Origin: Oligoflexales bacterium
GTDB taxonomy: Bacteria > Bdellovibrionota_B > Oligoflexia > Oligoflexales > CAIYRB01
Direction of reading: 5' to 3'
NCBI GenBank assembly: GCA_041736175.1
Contig: JBGSUI010000051.1
Span: forward strand, 1 to 29,091
DNA length: 29,091 nucleotides
The notes beneath the pieces are model-generated. The model was given only the letters and a program-made list of their open reading frames with translations, did no database searches and was not told the DNA's origin. Below, piece by piece: positions 8,313 through 17,800 of this stretch (position 1 is the first letter of the stretch; every line of letters starts with the position of its first letter). A program made the position numbers and the translations under genes.

Positions 8313-9758
8313 CTAGGCTCCCCCCTGGCATCCCAGGCGTTTTTTGACGGCTTCCCGAATGATCGTGTCTCGAAGAAATACGTATTCCTTCCTTGGGTCT
8401 AACCCAGCCAGCTTCAAAATGGTGAGGTAGACCTCTGCCACCCGGCCCGGGCTCAACCCACCGGTAAGGCCCTGGACCTTGAAGTTCGCAGTGGTCGCAT
8501 ACATCTTGTAATTTTCGTCGATTTCTGGCGGTTGGTAGGCCATCACTTTACCGTCCTTGAAACGGTAATTCCGGTACACATAGTCGAGCATCCCATTGAC
8601 GATACGGTAATTGGCGAGCATGTCGTTGACGCTCATGGGCGAAAAAAAGCCGCGCAACCCCATACGGGCCCCGTGGGCATATCTCCATTTGTAGGCGAGC
8701 CTTTCGATATGCTCTAAAGTGATGAGCGAATAGTGACTAGACTTGTCGTTCCTTCCGCGGAACGACTCAGGGTACGCCTTGGAGAGGCGCTTTGACAGGT
8801 CCACTACACTCGTCAAACGTCCGCCTTTATAGTCTTCTATGACTTTTCGGAGAATGTCTTGCTCCTCTTTGGAGCCTAAGGCCAGCGGGGCTGCATTGCG
8901 CACGTCTCCTCCTAAGAGCCCCATGCTAAGCTCTGGATGATTCTGCATAAGGATAAATAAATTAAGGATGAGGTCCATATTTGTGTGTTCTATATCGGAC
9001 GTAGTCAAATGATATTTATGTTGTATATTCCACTTTAGGGCTTTCAACGGTTTTACTTCATCTGTAGCCAATGAGGTCATCAGGCCAGGCCACGAGACGT
9101 TGATATGGCCGCTCCAACGGTTGCGCTCATAGTTGGGACTGCCAACATGTTCCTTTGATTCCAATTCCTGCGCCGTTGCAAAGATCAACTCGTCTAGCAC
9201 ATTCTGCCAACTTTCAGTTTGGGCATAGGTAAGAGGCGTCGTGGTGATCTTGATCCTATCGACGACGGCCGTTACGGTGTTGACGTTTATTTCGATAGAT
9301 TGCGGCGTTCTAGTGTTATCGGTCATCACAAACTTATCAGACTCATTCCATTTCCACGACGAAAGGCCGAGGCTGCAGTGATGAAGTTTGTTTGCAATGG
9401 CTAGACCAAACGAAGTTTGGACCGTCCCTGGCGCCTTTATATATCCCGTAACGGGAATCTCGATCTCGACGCCAAATATCGTCGACTCCCTGGAGTAGAC
9501 GGGGGGAATATTCTCCACGCTGATACCAAAGTCCGCAGCGGTTGGTGCCTGCCCATCGGGGCCTGCGGGCAACCGTTTCACACTTGGTGGCGTGACACTG
9601 CCGGTCCTCGGCACCAGCATGTTTGGACCGAACGGGCGGCTTAGACGGCACATGGAAGTGGCAGCAAGCTCCGAGCCAGACTCCTTAAGACCAGGGCTTT
9701 GCCGGCAAGACAGCACCGAGACCAACAATAGCGAACCGATACGAGCAGACATTTTCAT
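8313..9758 (-). CDS. Lipoprotein with an amidoligase-like (glutamine synthetase-type COOH-NH2 ligase) domain; degenerate paralogue
   Basis: Start MKMSARIGSLLLVSVLS-C at 9758, overlapping the upstream stop (TAATG) with RBS GGAGGAG. FGVEIEI and WSGHINV are present, but RIKITT and RMGLR replace the partner's VVEITT and RLELR. Confidence 0.65.
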   Translation of the reverse strand: MKMSARIGSLLLVSVLSCRQSPGLKESGSELAATSMCRLSRPFGPNMLVPRTGSVTPPSVKRLPAGPDGQAPTAADFGISVENIPPVYSRESTIFGVEIEIPVTGYIKAPGTVQTSFGLAIANKLHHCSLGLSSWKWNESDKFVMTDNTRTPQSIEINVNTVTAVVDRIKITTTPLTYAQTESWQNVLDELIFATAQELESKEHVGSPNYERNRWSGHINVSWPGLMTSLATDEVKPLKALKWNIQHKYHLTTSDIEHTNMDLILNLFILMQNHPELSMGLLGGDVRNAAPLALGSKEEQDILRKVIEDYKGGRLTSVVDLSKRLSKAYPESFRGRNDKSSHYSLITLEHIERLAYKWRYAHGARMGLRGFFSPMSVNDMLANYRIVNGMLDYVYRNYRFKDGKVMAYQPPEIDENYKMYATTANFKVQGLTGGLSPGRVAEVYLTILKLAGLDPRKEYVFLRDTIIREAVKKRLGCQGGA

Positions 9759-11194
9759 TATAAAGCTCCTCCCTGGCATTCCAGGCGTTTTTTGACGGCT
9801 TCCCGAATGATGGTGTCGCGAAGATAGACGTATTCCTTCGTAGGGTCTAAACCGGCCTGTTTCAGAATGGTGAGATAGACCTCTGCCGCGCGTCCCGGGG
9901 TCAGCCCACCGGTCAGGCCCTGGACCTTGAAGTTGGTCGTCGTCGCATATTTCTTGAAATTTTCGTCGATTGCTAGTGGCTGGTAGGCCATCACTTTACC
10001 GTCCTTAAGTCGATAATTCCGGTGTACGTAGTCAAGCATGCCAATGACGATGCGGTAATTGGCGAGCATCTCGTTGACGCTTAACGGCGAAAAAAAGCCA
10101 CGCAGCTCGAGGCGGGTCCCGCGGGCTAAACCCCATTTATAATCAGAAAAGATGATGCTCTCTAAATTGACGAGCGTGTAGTGCGACGATCCATATTTCC
10201 CACGGAACGACACAGGGTCAGCTTTGTTAATACGATTTGCCAGTTCCACTAAGCTGTTAATATGATGAGATTTATAATCTTCTATAATTTTTCGTAAGAT
10301 GTCCTGTTCTTGCTTGGATCCTAAGGCCAGCGGGGCTGCGTTGCGCACGTCCCCTCCTAAAAGCCCCATGCTAAGCACTGGAAAATTCTGCATGTTGGTA
10401 AAGAAATTCAGCACTAGGTCCATGTTTGCCCGCTCTATATCGGCCGTCGTCAAGTGGTATTTCTCCTTGATGCGCCAGTTGATTTCTTTCAATGCTTTGG
10501 CATCATCTGTGGCCATCGAAGTCATCAGCCCTGGCCAGGAGACGTTGATGTGACCACTCCAACGGTTGCGCTCATAGTTGGGACTGCCGACAAGGTCTTT
10601 TGATTCTAATTCCTGCGCCGTTGCAAAGATCAACTCATCTAGAACATTCTGCCAACTTTCAGTCTGGGCATAGGTGAGCGGCGTCGTGGTGATCTCGACG
10701 ACGGCCGGGTCCTTGCCGATGTTGATCTCTATAGATTGCGGCGTTCTGGCGTTATCGGTTATCACAAACCTATTAAACTCATTCCATTTCCACGACGAAA
10801 GACCGAGGCTACAGTGACGTAGTTTGTCCGCAATCGTAAGACCAAACGACGCCTGGACCGTGTTTGACGTCATAATGTAGCCCGTACGGGGAATCTCGAT
10901 TTCAACGCCAAAGACCGTCGACTCCTTGGAGTAGACGGGGGGGATATTCTCAGGGCTTATGCCAAAATTCGCAGCGGTCGGTGCCTGCCCATTTGGGACC
11001 GCGGGTAAACGCTTTACACTTGGAGGCGTGACACTGCCGGTCCGCGGCACCGGATGGTTTGGGCCGACAGGTCGGCTTAGACGGCACATGGAAGTGGCCG
11101 TAAGCTCCGAATCAGACTCCTTAGGCCCAGGGCTTTGCCGGCAAGACAGCACGGAGACCATCAATAGCGAACCGATGCTAGCAGACATTTTCAT
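9758..11194 (-). CDS. Lipoprotein with an amidoligase-like (Amidoligase_2 / GS-fold ligase) domain
   Basis: Start MKMSASIGSLLMVSVLS-C at 11194 (the ORF track starts at 11230). The motifs FGVEIEI, DPAVVEITTTP, SGHINV and RLELRGF match the ExE / E / HxH-like / ExR series of GS-type ligases. Confidence 0.68.
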   Translation of the reverse strand: MKMSASIGSLLMVSVLSCRQSPGPKESDSELTATSMCRLSRPVGPNHPVPRTGSVTPPSVKRLPAVPNGQAPTAANFGISPENIPPVYSKESTVFGVEIEIPRTGYIMTSNTVQASFGLTIADKLRHCSLGLSSWKWNEFNRFVITDNARTPQSIEINIGKDPAVVEITTTPLTYAQTESWQNVLDELIFATAQELESKDLVGSPNYERNRWSGHINVSWPGLMTSMATDDAKALKEINWRIKEKYHLTTADIERANMDLVLNFFTNMQNFPVLSMGLLGGDVRNAAPLALGSKQEQDILRKIIEDYKSHHINSLVELANRINKADPVSFRGKYGSSHYTLVNLESIIFSDYKWGLARGTRLELRGFFSPLSVNEMLANYRIVIGMLDYVHRNYRLKDGKVMAYQPLAIDENFKKYATTTNFKVQGLTGGLTPGRAAEVYLTILKQAGLDPTKEYVYLRDTIIREAVKKRLECQGGAL

Positions 11195-11275
11195 TATGAA
11201 GGACCTTTCAAACGCAGCGAGCAGTCCCAATCAGAGCCTAGACCCCTCGATTTATACAGTTGGTGGTTTACTCTG

Positions 11276-11291
11276 TGCAAAGCTGCGGCCA
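11276..11291 (-). promoter_or_regulatory. Sigma-54 (-24/-12) promoter candidate for the amidoligase pair
   Basis: Minus strand TGGCCGCAGCTTTGCA has exact GG-N10-GC spacing, about 80 nt upstream of ATG 11194. Confidence 0.55.
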
Positions 11292-11552
11292 AACGCAAGG
11301 GCCCGTGCCTCTGCTAGCATATGATCAACGATCATAGTTGCTTAGCCTGTTCAAGATGGGCCAAGAGCGGACCGTGCTGCTCTATGGGAGCGCTCAACAC
11401 TTTCACAACTGCAGAAAAACTGTCGAGTCGGGGATCCTAGCTTTCCACAAGGTCCTGCGACAAACTAGTTGTCAGCGGGGCTGGGCTTTGCTATCGATTA
11501 GTGGATCATGCCGTTATCTTACTAAAATCGAGAAAAAAAAGGAGATAAATTC

Positions 11553-12059
11553 TTGAATATACGAAACAGCTTGCTGATGGTTAGTTGTGTTTTTTGGGCC
11601 TATAACGCTGTTGCTGCTGATCCATGGAATCGTTTGATGCGTGACCAACAACACGCCTTATTTTTAGGCCAAGTCCAATCCCGTGGACCCAATAGCGTCG
11701 AGTATAAGGTCGTTTCTTTGATCACGGGTCAGACCTTGCCTGACCAGATTGTCGTGACTGATCCAAAGGCAGGGGCTTTTGAACGGAAGTTAAAGCCAGC
11801 AGATTATGCACTGGTTTCTGTGGATAAGATTCAGAAAAACTATATCGTCAAGTGGGGCACTTTCAAAGTGGACTCCAATAACCCGGCAACACTCAAAGTC
11901 CTGGAAGGCCCTGCTTCGGAGGCGGATCTCCAATCCTTGCAAAAATACATCAACAGCGGCGGCAAGTTTAAAGATTTTCCCTTTCCTGGAAGCGAACGGG
12001 TGTTTAGTAAAAATTTAGATCGAGCAACCCAGCAAAAGGCACCGACCACTAACCAATAA
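11553..12059 (+). CDS. Hypothetical secreted protein
   Basis: TTG start after AAGGAG. Signal peptide ends AVA-ADP. 168 aa. Confidence 0.75.
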   Translation: MNIRNSLLMVSCVFWAYNAVAADPWNRLMRDQQHALFLGQVQSRGPNSVEYKVVSLITGQTLPDQIVVTDPKAGAFERKLKPADYALVSVDKIQKNYIVKWGTFKVDSNNPATLKVLEGPASEADLQSLQKYINSGGKFKDFPFPGSERVFSKNLDRATQQKAPTTNQ

Positions 12060-12083
12060 GACCTATGTGCTGGAGTCTTCCCT

Positions 12084-12662
12084 ATGTTTCTTAAAGACGT
12101 GGCTGCAGCTCGGGGTGGGCGCTATGGCGAAATGATCCAAAAAGCCCTTGCCGAGGGGCTCCCGGCGTCAGGGATCTGGTATCTGCTCGCCTTTAAACCA
12201 GAAATGACCTCTGCCCTATCAACCCTGACCCAGGCCGTTATGCGGGGTCCTTCTCCTCTGACCATCGGCCAGCGTGAGCTCATCGCCGCCTACGTCAGCA
12301 CGACTAACCAGTGCTCCTTTTGCAGCGGCTCCCATATGGCCGTCGCCGGTGAACTCCTAGGAGACGCCCCCCTGGTAAAGGCGGTCTGCACAAATCTAGA
12401 GACCGCTGGGATCAGCGACCAAGAAAAAGCACTGCTGCGGTTTGTGGGCAAGGTTACCCAAACCCCCTCTTGCATCACCCAAAAGGATCTCGATGATCTT
12501 AAGGAGTGGGGCTGGAGTGACGAGGCTCTCTATGACGCTATCACAGTGACCGCGCTGTTTAACTTCTATAACCGCTGGAACGATGCCCACGGAACCCCGG
12601 CGATGACACCCGAGGCTTTTGCGGCAAGCGGCCTACGGCTTGCCGAAAAGGGCTATGTTTAG
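12084..12662 (+). CDS. Carboxymuconolactone decarboxylase / AhpD-family peroxidase-related protein
   Basis: VMRGPSPLTIGQRELIAAYVSTTNQCSFCSGSH (CxxC..H), GWSDEALYDAITVTALFNFYNRW. Confidence 0.9.
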   Translation: MFLKDVAAARGGRYGEMIQKALAEGLPASGIWYLLAFKPEMTSALSTLTQAVMRGPSPLTIGQRELIAAYVSTTNQCSFCSGSHMAVAGELLGDAPLVKAVCTNLETAGISDQEKALLRFVGKVTQTPSCITQKDLDDLKEWGWSDEALYDAITVTALFNFYNRWNDAHGTPAMTPEAFAASGLRLAEKGYV

Positions 12663-12672
12663 GAGAGGTGAT

Positions 12673-13434
12673 CTACTGTTTAATTCCTTCCCTAAGAACC
12701 TTTTGGCAATAAACCGAGCAGCCTGGATACGTTTGATAGGTGTAAAGATCCAGGTCCTTCTTTGATAATAATTTGAAAATGCCGTCGATCAGTATCACTT
12801 GGCGTCTCGCAGGATCGTAGCGCAAATTTTCTGGCTTTATATCCGTGATCAAGATTCCTCGATTAAATTCCTTATAAACAGAAAGTATGAATCGTTTTGC
12901 CTGAAGGTGCATATTTTGATCATCAGCATTAAATGGTTCTTTTATAAAATCCTTTATTAAAACGTTGCGAGTTATAGCACCAAAATTTGCTTTGGCAGGC
13001 TCGGTATGAGCTGCATATGGGTTTAAGTTTTCATGTTTTTGGAGGAAAAGATCGAGTTCATGCTCCTCGACGACGGGGTCATAATTGGAATTGCAATCAA
13101 GATCCCTAAATAATTTGATAATTTTAGGCGGCTCCACTGGCTTAAAAAAATCTCCCCATTTTTCCTCAAGGATAAAAACCCTTCCAAAACTGCCAGATCC
13201 TAAGCTTGTGCCCAATCTATAAATTTTCTGATTGATGGTAAACTTTAATCCGGACTTGACCTCAAAACTCTGCGATTCGTTGATATTCCTATCTGGAATG
13301 ACAAGGGACGGTGGGCGTGGTTTACCCAACGTTTCACTACTGTTGGATCCATTTGGATTTTTGATGCATGAGAAGCAAAACAAAACTATTATAAAAGTAT
13401 AGATCGTATAGCTCGGTATCACCGATTTTGTCAT
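12673..13434 (-). CDS. Lipoprotein with a minimal protein kinase-like domain
   Basis: Signal peptide ...IIVLFCFS-C, Gly-loop LGSGSFGRVF, IIKLF (beta3 Lys), EEHE (alphaC), TDIKPENL (catalytic loop), ILIDG (DFG equivalent). Visibly AT-rich relative to its neighbours. Confidence 0.75.
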   Translation of the reverse strand: MTKSVIPSYTIYTFIIVLFCFSCIKNPNGSNSSETLGKPRPPSLVIPDRNINESQSFEVKSGLKFTINQKIYRLGTSLGSGSFGRVFILEEKWGDFFKPVEPPKIIKLFRDLDCNSNYDPVVEEHELDLFLQKHENLNPYAAHTEPAKANFGAITRNVLIKDFIKEPFNADDQNMHLQAKRFILSVYKEFNRGILITDIKPENLRYDPARRQVILIDGIFKLLSKKDLDLYTYQTYPGCSVYCQKVLREGIKQ

Positions 13435-13488
13435 AGAGGACTCCCCATATAAAATAATTGGTTATTAACAAAGGTTGCCAATTTTTAC

Positions 13489-13504
13489 TGCAAAATCTGC
13501 GCCA
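13489..13504 (-). promoter_or_regulatory. Sigma-54 promoter candidate for the kinase gene
   Basis: Minus strand TGGCGCAGATTTTGCA (GG-N10-GC), 55 nt upstream of ATG 13434. Confidence 0.6.
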
Positions 13505-13628
13505 ATATCTAGCAGTCTTAAATCGTTATATATTTTTTTAATGACACGCTAAAAATGCGTATAAATATGAGACAGTGGATCACAATCCATAGGAAAGCCT
13601 GGTCAATTTCGCTGACCTTACAACGTTA

Positions 13629-13644
13629 TGGCCCCGGCATTGCA
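13629..13644 (+). promoter_or_regulatory. Sigma-54 promoter candidate (divergent), upstream of the pentapeptide ORF
   Basis: TGGCCCCGGCATTGCA (GG-N10-GC). Confidence 0.45.
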
Positions 13645-13726
13645 CCCAATAATCGACTAAAACTTAGACAATAGTCTAAGCACAAGGCCCCGCTGTGGCT
13701 AGAATTTGGCTTCCCTCAACACATAT

Positions 13727-13972
13727 ATGGGCAAAAATTTCATAGGCCATAACTTTTCGAACCGTGACCTCTCCGAGGCCGACTTCACAAACGCCCGCCT
13801 CTGGAATGCCATCCTCAATTCCGCCACGCTCACCGATGCCGAATTTAATGGGGCAGATCTTACGGGCATAAAATTAGAGAATGCTGATCTTAAATCTGCA
13901 AAAGGCTTATCGGCCCGCAGGGTTCGAATGCCGAAATCTCATTGGCAGAACCTTTCAAAAGTGGCAAAATAA
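13727..13972 (+). CDS. Short pentapeptide repeat protein (possibly a remnant)
   Basis: A(D/N)LXX repeats: RDLSE ADFTN ARLWN AILNS ATLTD AEFNG ADLTG IKLEN ADLKS AKGL. The tail is unrelated to the repeats. ATG 13727 preferred over TTG 13706. Confidence 0.7.
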   Translation: MGKNFIGHNFSNRDLSEADFTNARLWNAILNSATLTDAEFNGADLTGIKLENADLKSAKGLSARRVRMPKSHWQNLSKVAK

Positions 13973-14006
13973 ACCAGGGCATGTCTGATGAATTGCGAGT
14001 ACCGAA

Positions 14007-14492
14007 ATGAAACCAAAGGTTTATGTAGAAACAAGTGTTATTAGCTACCTTGCCAGCCGTCCTAGTCGAGACGTCGTTGTGGGTGCACGCCAACAGCTAA
14101 CGCTGGAATGGTGGGACAACGATAGGAGCACCTTTGACCTTTTCGTATCCGAATCAGTCATCAAGGAAATTAGTGCTGGTGATGGCAAAGCAGCTAGCCA
14201 ACGCTTGCAGTTAATCGAAGGGATTCCGTTAGTCGCCGTAACGGCCGATGTCGCTGGGGTCGTCAAAGCTTTAATGGCCAGCAAGGTCATGCCACAAAAG
14301 GCTGCAGAGGATGCTCTGCACATAGCCTTGGCCGCCACCAACGGCTTGGATTATCTGCTTACTTGGAACTGCAAGCATATAGCGAATGCAACTATCCGAA
14401 CTACAATTGATAAAATTTTACGAGGACTTAATTACCAACCCCCGGTGATCTGTACACCGGAGGAGCTCTTAGGAGAAAAGAATATAATATGA
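14007..14492 (+). CDS. PIN domain protein (VapC-like toxin)
   Basis: KVYVETSVISYL, SESVIKEI, EDALHIALA, LDYLLTWNCKHIANA, ICTPEELL. Confidence 0.9.
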   Translation: MKPKVYVETSVISYLASRPSRDVVVGARQQLTLEWWDNDRSTFDLFVSESVIKEISAGDGKAASQRLQLIEGIPLVAVTADVAGVVKALMASKVMPQKAAEDALHIALAATNGLDYLLTWNCKHIANATIRTTIDKILRGLNYQPPVICTPEELLGEKNII

Positions 14493-14677
14493 ATAACGAC
14501 AAAGCCGATGACGATCCAATCGATGAAATCCGCCGCATTCGTGACGAGCATGCAAAAAAATTTAATTACGACGTCGACTCTATCATTGAAGACATCCAGC
14601 GTTTTGGCAAAGAGAAGAATCTTAAGACGGTAGCATTGCCACCAAAGCGAATCGATGGAAGCAAGAAAACCGGGTGA
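14489..14677 (+). CDS. Small partner of the PIN protein (putative antitoxin)
   Basis: 62 aa with DPIDEIRRIRDEHAKKFNYDVDSII, typical of small ORFs next to this PIN subfamily. It overlaps the PIN stop (ATGA). Confidence 0.75.
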   Translation: MNNDKADDDPIDEIRRIRDEHAKKFNYDVDSIIEDIQRFGKEKNLKTVALPPKRIDGSKKTG

Positions 14678-14698
14678 TCCCGACGACACCTAGAGTCT

Positions 14699-14820
14699 GG
14701 ACAACGTCGTCGTTATCGGCGGATGCTTGGAGCTCGAAGTCAAAGCAACGGCAAAATCGTTTGCGCAGGGCCAGTCCAAACCCTTTATTGATTCGCATCC
14801 CGTAGGCGGTGTTGGATGAC
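14699..14820 (-). pseudogene. Diverged ~120-bp direct copy of an internal lhr segment (17284..17404)
   Basis: Direct alignment encodes YGMRINKGFGLALRKRFCRCFDFELQASADND versus ...RFCRSFDFELQASADND in lhr, with mostly third-position differences and a 1-nt indel near one end. Confidence 0.9.
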
Positions 14821-14836
14821 TTTCAATTTTGACCAC

Positions 14837-17800
14837 CTATCTCCGGGACCTTTGCCAAAGTTGGCTTCGAAAGCTTCCCATCAAAAGCAGGCTTTGGCGG
14901 AGTTCGAATTCAAGGGGTTTAGATACCACTTTTAAAAAGACAATCTCCGTGCCCAGGCGCTTAGCCACCACCTCACCATCGACGATCCCTAAGACTACCC
15001 GGTGGGTTGCGGGGACTTTCTCTCCCTCCCGATTCAGTAGGGTGCCCACCAGATTGAGGGGGTCGGCCGCATGGATGACGGTCCACAGTGCGGTTTTGCC
15101 GCGAAAGGACCGTAGTCGGGCGATGGTTTCTTCCTTTGCAAACTGCTCGCCCCAAGGTCCTGCGACAAACTGTCCTCCTCGCACCTCCCCGCGGGCCTCC
15201 ATGAGACGCAGCGCACGGAGGATCACAGGCCAGGATGGCGCAGCCTGCTCACGGCTAAGGAGGGCCTTAAACACCACGCCGTAGCGTTTTAGGAGGACCT
15301 CGGCCCACCGGTAGGCCCGTGCCTCGGGGTCAAACTCGGTCAGCGAGAGAAAGGGGGGAGGGAAAACGGACCAGCGTCCGCCACCCGTCATAGAATTCGA
15401 ACCTCCAGTTCCAGAGCGTTGGCTAAACCGCGCCCGCAGGCGGCCCTTGAGACCACCGGCAGGAGAGCGGGCAGAGGATGAGTTAGATCTGGATTTTTGT
15501 ACCAGATCTCTGATCGCCCCGAAACCATCCCCATGGATCAGCCCGCGGCGGGAGAGTTCGCTGAGTTGGTCCTGGAGTTCTGATTCCAGCCCCCGGACTT
15601 TAGCCAGGATCTCAGGAAAAAACAGCGCCCCGTAGTCTTTTAAAATCCGGTAAACCGGCTCATTGGGATCCTCTGGCGGTAGAGAGATCGGGCTGGTTTT
15701 AAGCCGCTCCGGATCGATCATCCATTCCAGATCCATCCGTGGACAAAAGCTTATGGAGACGATGCGGTTCATCCCTCCACTGGGAGGTAAAGGGTTGGCA
15801 GGGGGCTCCACCGTGCTAGACCCGGTTCCGTATTCCCCTGGGACTGCTGTCAGTCTTCCCCAGCTCCAGGTCCCCGAAAGGGTCAGATCGTCTAACCACC
15901 GAGTTTGGTAGTCATGAATTCTCAGGCCCAAGATCTCTGATTCCCACATCCCCGCGGGGGCTTCAAAACCCTGAAGTTGGTCTAAGACCTTAGGCAGCTG
16001 GTCACGACCGCTGCCAATGGAGGTGGGACTTGCCCCTTGGTGCTCCACGAGAAAGTGAAAAAATTCCGCAACAGAAACCGGTTTGATCTGGGACCTAAGA
16101 CCATCGATGGTCAGCCGGTGGATGCGGGCCAGGAGGCGGCGTTCGCACCACTGGACCTGGAGGGGTGATATCTTGGCCAGGGGACGGTCCAGATTGGCGG
16201 TGGACTCGTCAGGAAGAGTGGTAAAATGCCCTCGCACCAGGGCCCCTTCGGATTCTAGTTTAGCAAGGACAGCGGCGACCAAGGAGGGATCGAGTCCTAA
16301 ATGTTGAGGGAGTTCTGATCCCCAGAGGATGGGATGGGTGTCCATATAACTTTTGACTAAAAACTCTGTGGCATCTTCTATAGAAAAAACCCTCGCAAAA
16401 GCCTTGGGCAGATTGAGATCGGGGGATTTTGTCATGGGGGATTTTTGATGACTAAGGGCTGCAAGGACCAGATCGAGTTGGTCTAGGGGGACCCAGAGGA
16501 CCGGACCATGGGGTGCCAAGGAGATTTCCAAGGAGATTTCCAAGGCGCGTTTTTGTCGCTGAAGTTCCCTCATCCATGTTTCCAGCGATGCTTGATCTTC
16601 GGGTCGGGGATTTTTTGTAAACAGATCGCCTTTGGAAATGGCGCCCAGCAGCGTCAGGGTTTCGGCGAGATCTTCGTGACCATGGATCTCGGGCCAGACC
16701 TGTTGTTGGACGATGGCGATCGCGTCGGGGTCGAGACGAGCTAGGTCCTTAAGGTCGCCTAAGGGTAGAGTGCGGCGCAGGGTCAGGGCACGGGTTCGCC
16801 GCTCCTCTAAGGGGGCATCATCTAAAAAAGCATAGGGCATGGCGTTGAGGAGCTGGTAGGAAAAGGGCGAAGGCTCTCGCGTGTCAACGGCCAAAAACCG
16901 GACCTCTTGGTTTTGGACTTGGTTGAGCAAGGCGATAAGGCCCACCAGGTCGATCGCCTCGTAGAGACAATCATCCATGGTCTGGCGGATCAGTGGGTGA
17001 TCGGGGATGGGTATATCGCCCACGACGTTTTCTTTGCATTGGGTCTGGGCAGGAAAGACCGCAGTCATCAGGTCGTCGGCGCGAAACCGCTGGAGAACGG
17101 GTGGGATTCGTTTTCCCGCCATGGATCTCAGGACTGCGAGGGCACGGTTGGTATTCCACCGCCAACGGAGATTAAAGAGAGGAGCTTGGAGGATCGCCTG
17201 CTCTAGGAGTGCCTTAACATTGGCTGGAGTGAGCATGGAAAAGAGTTGGTCCGTGGCAAAGCTTTGCTGGTCCGAAAGGGACAGGACGATGCCGTCATTA
17301 TCGGCCGATGCTTGGAGCTCGAAGTCAAAGCTACGGCAAAATCGTTTGCGCAGTGCCAGTCCAAATCCCTTATTGATCCGCATCCCGTAGGGAGAGTGGA
17401 TCACCAGCTGCATCCCGCTGGTGTCATCAAAAAACCGCTCAAAGACCACGTTTTTTTGGGTCGGCAAGATCCCCATGGCGGCTTTTTGGACCGCCATATA
17501 GTGAACAAGCTGCATGGATAACCACGGATGTAAACCCAAGGTTGTTTCGAGCCAACCCCGTGCGGGGCGGTAGGGTTCAGGATCGAGAGCTAAGAGTTGG
17601 TCGACGCTTTCCAGATCGCCCAGGGGACTTGCCTCCAGGGATCCAAGGTCGATCATCCCACTCATCTGGTCCCTAAGCTGGGACACGTAGGCCGACAGCT
17701 CGGGGGTACGGCCGGGAGATTCGCCAAACCAAAAAGGTATCGTAGGAGGGGCCCCTTGGGCATCCCGCACAAAGAGGTCCATGCCCCGGAGCTGGACGAT

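Noticed and set aside
14699..17404. lhr segment and its copy as a DGR template/variable repeat pair
   Set aside because: The differences are not adenine-specific and are mostly synonymous, and there is no reverse transcriptase gene in the window.
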